A stretch of 64,000 bases of DNA, taken from Yuukianura sp. NJ FZ-2021 (taxonomy: Eukaryota). Where the stretch lies: the NCBI GenBank assembly GCA_046563655.1, contig CM102287.1, positions 8,432,001-8,496,000 on the forward strand, in the 5' to 3' direction. Shown piece after piece: positions 14,702 to 27,500 of the stretch. The notes under the pieces are model-generated. The model worked only from the letters and a program-made list of their open reading frames with translations, did not search any database and was not told the origin of the DNA. The first letter of the stretch is position 1. Every line of letters begins with the position of its first letter. The position numbers and the translations under genes are program-made.

Positions 14702-16412
14702 AAACATATGTCCACTCCCATATGGTATGTGAACAACTTCCCTTGTAAAAACCAATGAACAACATCCGAGGTTTAGATTCTAATTTAGAATCTCTCCGAT
14801 TTTCTACGAAAAAGTGAAGCACATAACCAGGAAGGGAGAGTTCTCAGGATTTTTAGGTCTTTAGACGTATGGGGTACTCAAGTCCTCATCTCCATTGTAG
14901 ATAGAGTTACAATATTCGTTCGTAATTTAAACATTTAACTAAAGTGTCTTCTCTCATTTAAGGCTTAATTTCTATCTTTCATCATCCACCTACCCATCCA
15001 TTTTTTGCAAATCTGATTTTCTCTGCCACTTTCAAAATGTTTGCAAAGGAAGAAGTTTTTTTTTTGTTGAGGTTAAGTTAGCTTATTACCAAATTTAATC
15101 AATTTATTTATCCTAACAAAATAAATGTTTTCCTCAGTAAATCGTAGGGAGTTTTAGCTTTAACTTTAGCGGAAGCGGAAGCTCATGTCTCAATTTTAGT
15201 TAAAATACTTAGCAAAGTTAAGGTTGTACTTGTAGTTAGCTAAGGATTCCAATGGTTAGCTAACTTATAGGTTATTGAGTCAGCGATGAGCAGCGATTAC
15301 TGATCAGCGATAGCAGCCTATGTGAAGGTCAACAGGGGTCACACAGTTGAGGTCATCAGGAAGGAAGAAGGCTTTCCTATAGCAATCGTCACTCTCTCTA
15401 TTATGCCCCTACGTTAGCCAGCGAATCGCTCGCAGCGATTACAGGAGTACGTAAAACGCTACTTTAGGAAGGAAGGAGTCAATATGGAGGAAGGTTGAGT
15501 TGATGAGCGGAACGAGACAGGTCAAGGTCAAAGGTAGAGGTCAAAAGAGGCAGGTAATCAATCTTAAGAAATGAACCAGCAGATGAGAAACAGTTGAGTT
15601 CAGTTGTTATTATTATTCAGCACTGCCAATATGTTCCTCCCCTTGTTATACCCTAGAAATTGATCCAAATTTAATCCAAACTAACGATTGACCTAATTTT
15701 TCTTCTCCAAAACAGAATTTTCCCACGTTTCTTCTCTCGTTTCCTTACATTATTGCATCGTTCGTTGTTTAGACTTTTTTTTGAGTTTTCTTTTTATAGC
15801 TTTTCTTATATTTAATTAAAAATTACAATGTTTATTCCTTTCACTTTCTCCTCATGAAAATCAATACTTGTGGCTATCTATTCTTTCGGTTTTTGATTAC
15901 TATTTTATAATTTATTAACTTGTTCCCGTGTCTGTTTCCAGAAACAAGTTTTTATGGCTTTTATAATTTTAGATTCCAAAGTAATAATTTCGGTGGAACT
16001 AATATTTTGTTATTGTGATACAGGAGCAGAGGAACCTCATTTCCGGTGCTGCTTACTTTGCGGAATTGTTCTTCCGTTGTCAAAAGAAGCCCAAGAGACA
16101 AAGGCTTTGTAAAATGAAGAAATTCCAGTCAGCAGAATGCTTTTCCAGCACACTTTTTTGGTTAGTTTTTTATTTCAAACAAAGTTGTGGACGTAAAAAG
16201 AATACTGCGTAGGAGTTTAGTCAATTTTGTTATAAGTATAGTATTTGTTACGGTTTTAGAATAAGTTACCAACTATTTATGGCAGTGTCATTGACTTTCG
16301 ATAGTTAAATGTCTGTTGTTTGATTGCAGGTTCAGAAAATGGAAGGAAGAATGTCGCACCGAGGCACTTGAGACGGAAGAGCACAAGAATATTGGCAGTT
16401 TCGTTAGTAGAT

Positions 16413-18544
16413 TTAGCGTCTATTTCTGTGGGCGTTTCCATAAAGGCTGTAAAGAGAACAATATCTGTGATATTTCTGTGATACTAAGTTAATGTTAACG
16501 TAAATAGTTAGTTAATGTTTTGTGCAAAGTCATACGTTTTGTAGGCATCAGTAGTAACGTAGCCTAGAAGATGATGTGGACCTAAAACCCATTGGTCCTG
16601 GAGCGGTGGTGCAAGTTCGTTTTCTTCCAGGCGAATAACGCTACGACTTCCCCCTAGATCCAGATTTCCTGTGAAATGAAAAAAATACAAGTAAAGAGAA
16701 AGTAGAGATGTGGAAGCATGCTAAAAAATCACGGTCTGTTTGGTTGTCTAGTTTTTTAGAACAATATTTTCTCTTCTGTGAATCTGAAGTAGAATTATAC
16801 TCGGCTCACCGATTTCTGGCGGAAGCCATTGTATCCCATTGGCTTGGACGTGCAACTCCCTTAGTCTGGAACAGTTTCCAATTTCTCGGGGGATGTGACT
16901 CACTTTGTTATTTCGAATAACAAGCTATCAGATTTAGAAAACATAGTTTTTAATAGGCTATGCAACGTTGGATTAGGTTAGGGTGTTGGATTCAGGTTAA
17001 GGTGAACTTTTTTCGTTAAGTTTTCATACAATTTGAAGGTTTTTGAAACGTCCAATTTCTGGTGAAAGTGACTCAAACAAATTATCTCCAGCGTAGAAAG
17101 CACGTAGAGTTTCTATAAGAAAATGGAAAAATCAATTATCAATTTACGGTATTGACGAGTTTCTGTTCATGTAGTATGAGAATGTCTTTTGATGTTGACA
17201 TTTGAGTTAGGTTATGTTAGATTCATGAAGAGAAATGTTAGGGTATGGTTTGTTCATGAAATGTTAGGGTATGTTAGCTTAGCTGGGTGTGGCTGACCTA
17301 TTCCGAAGAAATTGGCAGAGAGTCCATCTTCCTTTAATTTGTTATAAGTCACGTCCAGAACTTCGAGTGCTGGACACGAACCAAATCCTCGCCCCAAGTT
17401 CACCAATCGATTCATTCTACAAATTATTAATTCCAAATTAACCCATTTTTTTAGACAATGGAGTGTGAGCTTCATTCGAACTGACAACTGATGAGAGAAA
17501 GTGAGGGAATTAGGTGCTAAATTATGGATCAATTGATGTGGGATTGGCGTTTGTTACGGAATGGCCCATATTGCTTTTACCCGATGTTCAAAATCCGAAG
17601 TTTCGGAAGTGACGAAATCGTTGTTGGCAACTCTTCCAATTGGTTGTTGAACAGAGTCAAAATTTCCAGGTTGACTAAATTTCCAATTGTGGATGGAATA
17701 CCTTATGGGAACAACAGATTCAAGTTTAGAAGCGTCTAAAAATTTATAGTTTATGCAATTTTATTCTTCACCGTTTAACAGATAGTTGAACGACAGTCTT
17801 CTTTGTAGTAATTTCATAAAACACTTGAATTTTGGAATTTTTACTTTTACATTTTTTTTTATTAAGTTTACTTTTACTTTCAGATTTCCAAAACGCGACA
17901 TGAAAGATAACGCTAACAAAAAATCTTACTTCGAATTTTGTTGTGCGACAAGCTGAGTCGAGTCACAAATTCCATCGAAACTGCAATTTTAACAAAACTC
18001 AATTAAAACTTGTTTCTTTTTTAACACATTTCTTGTCTTTTTACTCATTTTTTAACTGTCTACAACATATTACGTTTTCACGCCTACTTATTCGAAAATT
18101 TCTTAAGTGGTTTTCGAAAATTTAAAACTTTTTTTTTTGAAAATCTTACATAATCCAGGTAACTCTTCAAAGGCCCCAATTCCTTTTTCGACCCTGTAAT
18201 TTACAAAAATTAAATTTACTTTCTATTATTTTCTCTTTCAGAATCGATCGGAATAGTTTCTAAAAAAAAAGTTCTAAAAAAAGAGTTTACACGCATGTGG
18301 TTTGTTTTTAAGTGACATTTCAAGTGACATTAAAAATTCAAACATTCGCAAGACTTTCACGTCCCGGTGAAAGTCCGGAACGGACTTATCCAAACATTTT
18401 TTTCTTTTCCATCAAACTTACTATTAACAAGAAGTTAAAAGCATCTGAAACAAACTTTGTTTTTAAAAATCCGAAAACTTACAAATCCAATTCGGGATTT
18501 TTGATTTCCCTGGCCTCTTCGAGCACTTTTTTCCCCTTCGTCAT
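16413..18544 (-). CDS. RSU1: Ras suppressor protein 1 (LRR protein, icarus-like), 9 exons
   Basis: Spliced translation MTKGKKVLEEAREIKNPELDLVEKGI...VTRLSLSHNKI...NLEILTLFNNQLEELPTTISSLPKLRILN..GMNRL..RGFGSCPALEVLDVTYN...LRELHVQAN...PLQDQWVLGPHHLLGYVTTDAYKTLYGNAHRNRR*. Confidence 0.92.
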
Positions 18545-21500
18545 TCTGGACGATCCTAGACAAGAGACTGGGGCTGAGTCCATGCCCTCTGTCTACTTTT
18601 TCACCCTAACTATACTACAAATACAAAATAAAAACAGAAATATTTTCAATTGAGGGGAACCAGCAACCGTAGTAAAAGTTTGGTGGTGGACCAAACCCCG
18701 AAATTTTTGTGAACGCAAAACGGGTTACCAGAAAACAGGACTATTTCTATACTCCCGTGTTCTCAGAATAAGCGAGTATTCATACTACAGTCTCTGTAAA
18801 TCCATATCCTCCTCCCACTTCAATTTTGGAAAGTAGGCGAAGTCGAAATGTTATAATGTTAGGGTGTAGTCCTAACCTTATGCAGTTAGGTTAGGCGTAT
18901 AGGTTATGTTATAACTACCAAAAGCTATGTATCTGGGATAAGTTAGAGATGGTATGGTGCAAAAGACTGAAAGAGTAGTGTGCTAGAGATGCTAAGTGTC
19001 AGCGGGACTACTTTTGGCCAAAAGTGCTTCTTTTTTTTGCAAAAAAGAATTTCTGTGTTTTCTAGACCTGCAAATCCTCTTTTTCTGGATGAAGACCAAA
19101 GAAAAGAAGAGAATAAAAATGAGAGGAGATGAGAGGGTTTGACATGCCAAAAACTTTTTGTAGAAGATTTTAAGTGAGTGTCATTTCGTATGGAGCTTTC
19201 TCCCTTTTTAGAAAAATTATGAAGATGCAAATCCGAAAAATCCGATTCGGGAATTCGGAGAGATCTGAAGCGGGACTTGTCAATTTTTTTTGTTCTTTTG
19301 GCCCTGGATTCTGATGGAACGAAATGGAGCAAATCTCTAGTCAATTTTTGCATTTCGCCTAAAAAATTCTTCTTTCTCTTTTTTTGCCTGTTTCTTTTCT
19401 CTTTTGCCAAAATTTTTCTAGTGTTTGCCAAACCTAATCCAAGACTCCATGAATTGTTTAGTGGTTCAAGCATGCATAGTGAAGAGGACGACAAGAAAAT
19501 AGCAGTTCTATTAAGTCAAGGCAGCATGCGCAGACGTTCCTCAAGCCAAAACTTTCTAGATTCTAAGAGAACTTGAATTCTAGACGCCCGAACACAACAG
19601 CAGCCGTTGCTTTGTGTGTCCCAAACCAGGAGAAAGTTGGCAGTAGTTGCAGAGGGCTCAAGGCTTGAACACTACTTTGCAAAATTTTCGCAAATTCTGC
19701 AAATAGTGCTAAAAAAGTCACTCGCCTGCTGACCCTGTCACACCTTTGAACTCAAGTACCTCGTATAAACCATAATCATAACATATCATTAGATCATTAA
19801 GGTCAAAAGGTCACATAAACCTAACAACCTAATTTCATTTCCTGTCTACCAACCACGCGTTGCGTTTCAACTTAAGCATTAAGACTTAACCTAATGTTAA
19901 CGTAACTTGAAAGTGAGAAATGACCATGGGAATGGACCAGGAGACGCTGACGTGGACAAGTTGAAAAGTTTGGAACATATTTCCCCTTGAGGAACAAAGG
20001 AGAAAGCTTTCCAATTTACTCTTTGTGATACAAAAAAGGTAAGAACTTTCTCCCATTGTTCTATTTTATGCTCAAGTTAGCATAGTTAGGTTGGAGAGTT
20101 TTACTTTTTTCCAAAAAAGTAAACTTCACAGACGACAGTAGTCGAGAATTTGAAAAGTTGTGAAATTTCTTTGGAAAGGTTCTGGTAAAATTGGTGATAA
20201 AGTTAGCCAAATTTACTTTTCCCTAAGTTGTTCTACGACGCATTAATTAGATTTAGCTCCATGAGTCATGAATTGGGTGAAACGTGAGACAAATTCACTG
20301 TCAGAATTAGTTTGCACTTCCACTTTTTACTTCCACTTTCTCCTCTACCCCAAACCAGAAAAAAAAACAGTGACATCCTACTCCATTTTCCTTTTAGCAA
20401 AGTAACCCAAATAACCATGAAAAACATAACGTTAACCCCAAAACCTAACTTGAATCTAACGTTAACCTAGCTTGAGCCTAAAAGCTAACGAACCGCAAAA
20501 GACTAAGAATAGGAAGAAAGTGGAGATGAATTAAATATTTAATTAGAACGGAAAGAGAGGGCTAAAAACTAGTGCGGACGAGTAGGAGAAAGTCACAAAG
20601 TTTTAGCTGCATTTTTCCAGTGTGCTTGAGCCAAAGCTAAAAAAGTAAAGTAAAAAGAATTCGGAGAAACTGAAATTCTTTCCCAGTTCGGGTTTTTATT
20701 TGGTGGTTTTGGAGAACTTTCACTTTATTATTTTCCTTTTGTCTCAAGATGATACGTTTTTAGTTCTTAGCTTTCATTTTATTGTTTTCACTATCTAATG
20801 GAAGTGAAGAGGCTCCAGTGTTTATACTGGACATAACTGAATTCTACCCGAAAAGTACTTTACTTAACCGAATTATTACGGAGCAATAACATAACTGAAG
20901 TGTTTTATTTAACTGACATAACATTCAGAACCGCAGATCCCATCGAAACATGCAAAAACGACCGAAACAATTTGCGACGAACTTACAATGGTTTTAAAAA
21001 GTGGTAGAACTTTTGTGCTGCCAAATTTTCTTGTGCCTTAAGTTTAAGTTTTCTCAACGTAACAGAAATATTTGTGTTTTGTACTGAAAATTCCGAAGCA
21101 TTTGGAAGAATTTTAACATTTCCTGAAAAATTCTACTAGCATATCGAAAAAATTTGTGTTCACGGTACCGAAAATAATTGTGCTGCCGAACTGTCGCGTA
21201 CCGGACTTATTTTTGCCAGAATTTACCTTCACTTTAGTTTTCTTAATCCGATACTGGGTCACTTTCTACCGGAACATATCGTACCGAAACAATTTCTCGG
21301 CTTAAGTATGTCTTAACCTGACCTAATTTACGAAACCGACAAAAGCCGGTTTATAGTAGCTCTTGATATCTTTAGCATATTCACCTTGTCTTTATGTTGG
21401 CCATAGAATGTTATACTGAAAAATCTATTTCTGCACACTCTGCTCAAACTTATCTGTCAAACTGACGAAATGAATTGTAAATTTCGTAGTCAGTGGGTTG

Positions 21501-24500
21501 TGCCAAAACGTAATAAAACGTTTCATGCTGAATACCTTAAGCACTTCATTGTATAACTAACCCAGTGAACTCCTAAAGCTCTCTGCTAATGGTTTTTGTC
21601 AAATTGGCACAAGTCAAACTAACATTTTTCCGCCTTCTGAAATACCCGTAATGTCTTCACCACTTTTCTATTTAGACTACTTCAAATATTTTTACAAGTC
21701 GTAGCTTCATTTCGAATTTCGGAGGTTTGTTTCTTTTCAAAATTTTAAAGCTGTGGAAATGCTGTTTCTTTCAAATTTTTTAATTTCGAGAATTTCCTTG
21801 TTTTTAAAGAGAACTGTAAAAGTGCATTCTGTTTTCAAATGAAGCTGTGAAGATGAAGAAGATGTGAAGTGGTGACCTTTGTGTTCTAGTGGCACGTTTA
21901 TCATTTAGAAAACACAAGAAGGGCTGAAATGGGAAAGTTGCGCTTGAAGCGCTGGAAGAATAGGAATTACGAATTTTTGGGTTACACAGGAATATAAATC
22001 TTCATAAATCATTTCTCTTTCCGCCCTCACAAACGTTAGTAACAGAAAAGCACATTCTGCAAGTGATCTTCCTTTTGTTTTCTGAAATGTGAAGTAAAAG
22101 TGGTATGCTTCGTTTTTGAAATTTTTGGAAACCGCACCATTTTCCTTGTGGCGAAAACAGGAAAGGGGAAAGTGCCCTTGTAGGAATTGTCTTTTGTCAT
22201 AGTCACTTCCCGTTTTTTAGGTTAGGCTTTTCTGCAATCGTCTGCAGTGAAAGCATGCTTTGTCGTTTAGTGTCCGCGAGTTCCTGTGGAGCTGAGGTAA
22301 TTTACAAGACAAAGAGAAAGCAGCAGAGAGAATACGGTAAAGAGAATATCTAAAAAGCTTAGACAGAGTAAACTAAGATCCGCAAGAACGAATCACAACG
22401 TAACGCAATTTCCGCAGTAATGAACCATTAGCTTCAAGCATTTCCCTTTTCTCACTTGGAATCCATCATTTGGATTCAAAAGAAAATACGAAGAAAGTGA
22501 AAGCATCAGAATTTATTTTCGGCGATTAACTTAATTGGAAACAAACGGAAACAATCAAAGGTGACTTGCCAAGAAGAATCGTAAGGAGAAAGTTAAAACT
22601 AGAAAAAGTATCTGAACAATTTGTTTTTATGGTTAAATGTTAACTAAACCTAGGCTAATTCAACATAACATTAACATAGTACGTTACCTTTTCTTACATA
22701 ACATTTAACTAAAATTCGCATCAAAATACAAATTTTCAATTTTACAATAGCGTGTCGTATATGTGGCCGAAGCCTGTTTTTTTTTTCATCCAGTAGCATT
22801 CGAAAGTCAACCCAAAAAGCAAAAAATGAAATAGAAAGAGAGAAAATTTTGCAAAAAAAAAAATCCAACTGCACATTTTTTCGGCACATTTGACGCTTTA
22901 TCTTCAACAAAAATTCTTACGTCTGTGTGTTTCTAACTTTAACTTTTACAGTGTGAGATACGTTTTTTGAAATATTTTGGACAAAAATTAAGTTTTTCAA
23001 CCTGAGTAACCCTGTTCTCTTACCAGAAAATTCTATACAAGAAAGTCGAGAATTCAAAAATTCATAAAGTTCTACCTTCTTGGAACTAAAGTTTTCGAGT
23101 ATAAAACAGATTTTATAAGAAAGAAGTTAATTTCCAGCTGAGCCCCAATCATGCTTTTACAACTTTTTGAAAAAGAAAATTTTGTGGAGAAAGTTTCGGA
23201 AATTAAATTTTCCCAACTCCATTTTGGGGAGTTCGTTTGTAAAAACTCTCTGAAGCGAAAATTCTGAAAATTGGGTTTAAATTCGGAGCAGGAAGGACTG
23301 TTTCTAGCGTGGGATCAAAATTAAGTTAAATTTTGAGTAGAAAACATCGCTTGCAGTGTGGAAATCAAACAGTTGAGCCTAGCACTGATTAATTTCTGTT
23401 TGTGTATTATAATATTTCCAAAACCAATTCCGTTGTTTTCCAGTTGATCCAGGGTAGAGGCTGTTGCTTTAGTTTTCACTTTGTTAGGCTATGTTTTGTT
23501 CAGAAGGAAAAGTAAACAGAAGTGTGGATAGGTAGTAGTGGGATTAGTGTTGGAACTTTAGGTGACACAGATTTATGCTCCATGCTCCCTTAACTCTGTT
23601 TCCTGGAAATAGAACCTCCAGCATAAATTTTGAAAGATTTGGATTTGAGATTTGGGCGACAAGGGAGCATAAGCTGTTGGGCTGACTATAGCTTAATTCC
23701 TTTTCGTTTTTCTTTCAAAATTTACGACTCCATAATTTCACCGAAAGAAGATTACCATCGATCCACAGACACTAAACAGCCCTACAAATACTTTCGCAGG
23801 GCATGGCAAATATTTCTGCAAATATGTAGCACAAACTTCATTACCAAAGTAGATCAATAACTCAGACATCACCAGTCTATGTGTCGATAGCCTTACGTAA
23901 CTTAAAATGCAACCTGAAATTAACTCTGTGAAACTAAAATTATTAACTCTAACACCACAATTAACTAAAATTAACTTGAAACTCAAAATTAGACTTGCTA
24001 AAAATAACTAAAACTCGGCTAAAATGGAACGTTTTCGTTTTTGATTTGATTTTACACCAGTTTTTGTAGCCCTCTTGAACAGCGTTACTTCAGACACGGT
24101 CGGTACTTAACCTCGTTGTGAGTACCCATCCTTTCACTTTTGATTTCACCACTTCCACTTTATCCTAACAAAAGTAGGCTAACCTAACCTAACCAAAGTA
24201 CATACAAGGAAGGGGGTACTTCAAAGCACCAAAGAAATGCCTCCTGTTGTGCCTTTCGGAATTGGATCCTCCATCTTCTTCAGTCATCTCCTATCACTCC
24301 CATATCCTTCTCCAATTCTAACTCCTCGTTAACTTTTTGTGGTTCCTCGGAAGAACTAACCTCTGACCTCCATCTTCTACTCTCGAGACTAAAAAGAGAC
24401 TAAAAAAGCCGAGCCTAAAAAGACTATAAGTAAAAGTGTATATACTAGTACTTTTTACCTGAGACAAGGAGAAAGAGAGAGAGAGACAAGTTGAAAGTTG

Positions 24501-27500
24501 AAGTAGGCTTACCACTTTCTCCCGCGATCGATTCACACGCTCTGCTTGCTATGGGGTAGGACCCACCATGTTAAACTTTCTCCAAAAAATAGGAGAGGGG
24601 AAGACTTGAAAATTCGAGCCAAAAAGCAAGACTTTAGGATTATGGAGGAACATCTAAGTAATAGTCATGATCATGAATAATCAAATGATCCAAAGTTTCT
24701 TTATAGTGACACTATGTACATAGTATAATATACTACCCGCCATCATCCATCATTTTCTGTGGACACTTCAATCCGAAAAAGAAAAAAAAACCGAGAAAAC
24801 GGTTTTCACACCCTTATGTCTAAGTGAAGTTCCGGAAATATCAAACTGAACAAAGAAACTTGAAAACATGACTTGGAAAGAGTAATTTCCAAAAAGTAAC
24901 TTTCTCCACACACTAAGTCAACACTTCAGTCTGGCTGGTTGGTCAACATGGAAGATCCATACTTTTACTCACTTTTCAAAAAAAAAGTTTGTTTATTTTT
25001 TGAAAAACTGGCACTAAGTACATTTCTTGCTGTCAAATTTTCCCATAGATTTTTTCGGTCCTTTTTTGGTGAAAGTCTTCTACGACAAGAAAAGTCCGAG
25101 TTGTTCCGCCGCTCTTATGGTTAGCAAACTTATTCAAAGTTTGGCGCAGTGGTGAAAGCATAAGCTTTTTCCGCAGTATGAAGAGAAGCTTTTTGAGACT
25201 TACTTTTTCAAAAAACTGAAAAAACAGGGAGGAGCTGACAGGAATACAGTAACCTTTGCTTTTTCTCACAAATTATTTGCTCAAACATCAAGTCATGCAC
25301 GAACGAAAAACGCGATGAAAATTTTGTCTGATTTGTAACGGCCCATCGACTTTCACTGCGAATTTTCAGGAAAAGTTTTTGAAGTCTCGTGTCACTTAAT
25401 CACTCGAACCAGAAAAACAAAAAGGAAGTTTTTGGACAATTTTCCGAAGCGATTTCACTTTCACTTGACATGAGAATTGTGACGCATGCAGGACAAACCA
25501 TTCTAGTTAGCTACTTGAAAGGACTATAACTTTTATAGGCTTAAGCTGGACACTTCCAACATTAGTCTAGACTTATTTTGGACACTAGTCTGCACTTGGG
25601 CCTAAAAGTTCCAGAATTTTAGACGAATTTGTGAAGTAGAAAGACGTGACCCGAATGACCCATTACTTCCTTCTCCTTCACTCTTACTGGAATAGGGTCT
25701 TCGATTTTTCATTAGTTTGGAAAGAAGACCTCACCTTTACTTCCATTAGTCCGTGAAGTAAAAGTAAAAAAGTAAAAGCAGAGGAAAGCCCACGTAGAAC
25801 GGTATGTGTTTGTGCAGCACAGGAACCAAGCAATGTTTTTCCGCAATAAAATTAGCACGGACTTCCTAAATTTTTTTCTTTACGGGTTTCCAATTCCACT
25901 TTCTCTCGTTTTTATTAGTCCCTTGTTCTCACTTTTTTTTTCTCTTTTAATTTTCTGTTCTTAGAAGCTGAAGTTGGCTTCCAATTTCCAATTAGAAATG
26001 GGAGGGCGGAAGCTATTTGGAATTAGGTCTCAAGGCTAATTAATTTCAACTGCTCTGGAATATTTCCAAAGTTCAGATTTCGATTGGCAATGATCAAAAC
26101 TCTAAGGATTTGGGCCTGTGTACTTTTCCATTCTATTCAATTTTCAAATCTGTTTGAACACGTTTCATTTTCAAAAAAAAAATTGAGTGCAAGAGGTGTG
26201 GTTTGACTTTGAAGACTTGCACGAAAATGATTAGAACATAAAATTATGTAAGGAAAGGCTTAAACTTTAAAGTCCTGCCGGAAGTTATGTTTTGAAATTG
26301 TATGTAAAGGAGCTGCTAAAATTTTTAAAATGTTGCGCAAAAAGTTTTCCATTTTTAAGATAGAGTGTCGAACCGGAGTAGATTTTGAAAGGAAGTGTAA
26401 ACAATCGCAAAATTTTAATTATGGTGCAGAAAGTTCAAAAAATTTATCAAACGCGCAGAAAATGTGAAAGTTAGTAGAATTGGTAAACAAAAGCATGAAA
26501 TTTTAAGAAAGTGAGGCGGAATTTCAAAGGATTGAATAGAAAATTCTTGGGGACAAAGAAAAAGTTTAACTTTCACTTTCGCCTTCAAATTTCAAAATTT
26601 AAAATTCAGAAGAAAATTTTCGAAAACTCTGAACATGGTGAAAGCTGCTGAAAAAGAACTCTACCAGAAACAAGTGGGAAGTATTAAATTTTACATTACT
26701 GCTTAGGCTAAAGATTTAAAAATTGTAACTTATAGAGATTTTTGTGAAAATTTTGATATTTTAAGGTTTGCAAAGTGAAATAAGTGAAATTTTAGTCAAA
26801 GTTGCTTTAGATTTTTTGAAACTTGTAGAAATACGTGCAATTCTTTTGTTACAACTTCAGGCAAGTGCTGCACTGCAGTTTTTGACAAAAATTGTTTATA
26901 CAAACATGTCATACAATAAACTACTTTTGAATGCTAAACATGGACATGAGCATGGTCCTTTTTGTCTTCTTTTTTTTGAATTATGGAATTTTGGTATTCA
27001 AAGGAGAAAGTTTTTTGAAAGTTCAATTGACTATGAAAGCAAATTTATGTTTTAACCTTAAGGGACTAAACTTCCTTCTCCTTTGATTCTTTAATCATTT
27101 TTTTTTCTAAAACTTGTTTTCTAAAAACCATAATTTTTTTAAAACTAGTTCAACACGAAAATTTCAAAATCTTATTATAATACATAGATGATTTCCATTT
27201 CTGTGTAAGACAATTTGAGATGATTTCAAAAATTGAGGGTTAAAAGGATAATGTACATGGAAAAGTAGTACGTGGGGAATTCAAAAAAAATTTTTTTTTT
27301 TGCTTTCTCTCTTTTTTGGCAAAGAGAAGTCGTCCGTGTTATTGCACTGGAAAAGACAAATGGACAATTTGCTTTCTACTCCACTTCTTTTCCACTGCAC
27401 TCCTCTAGCATTTTCACATTCCTTTTTCATTTTCATTTTCCTGTTTTTTCCGGTTCTGGTCGCTAGTCAGTTATGGCTGTTCTTCTAACATGTTCATCCG

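Noticed and set aside
18943..19576. 183-aa and 99-aa ORFs upstream of RSU1
   Set aside because: K/F/S-biased translations of A/T-tract DNA with no recognisable motif or splice support.
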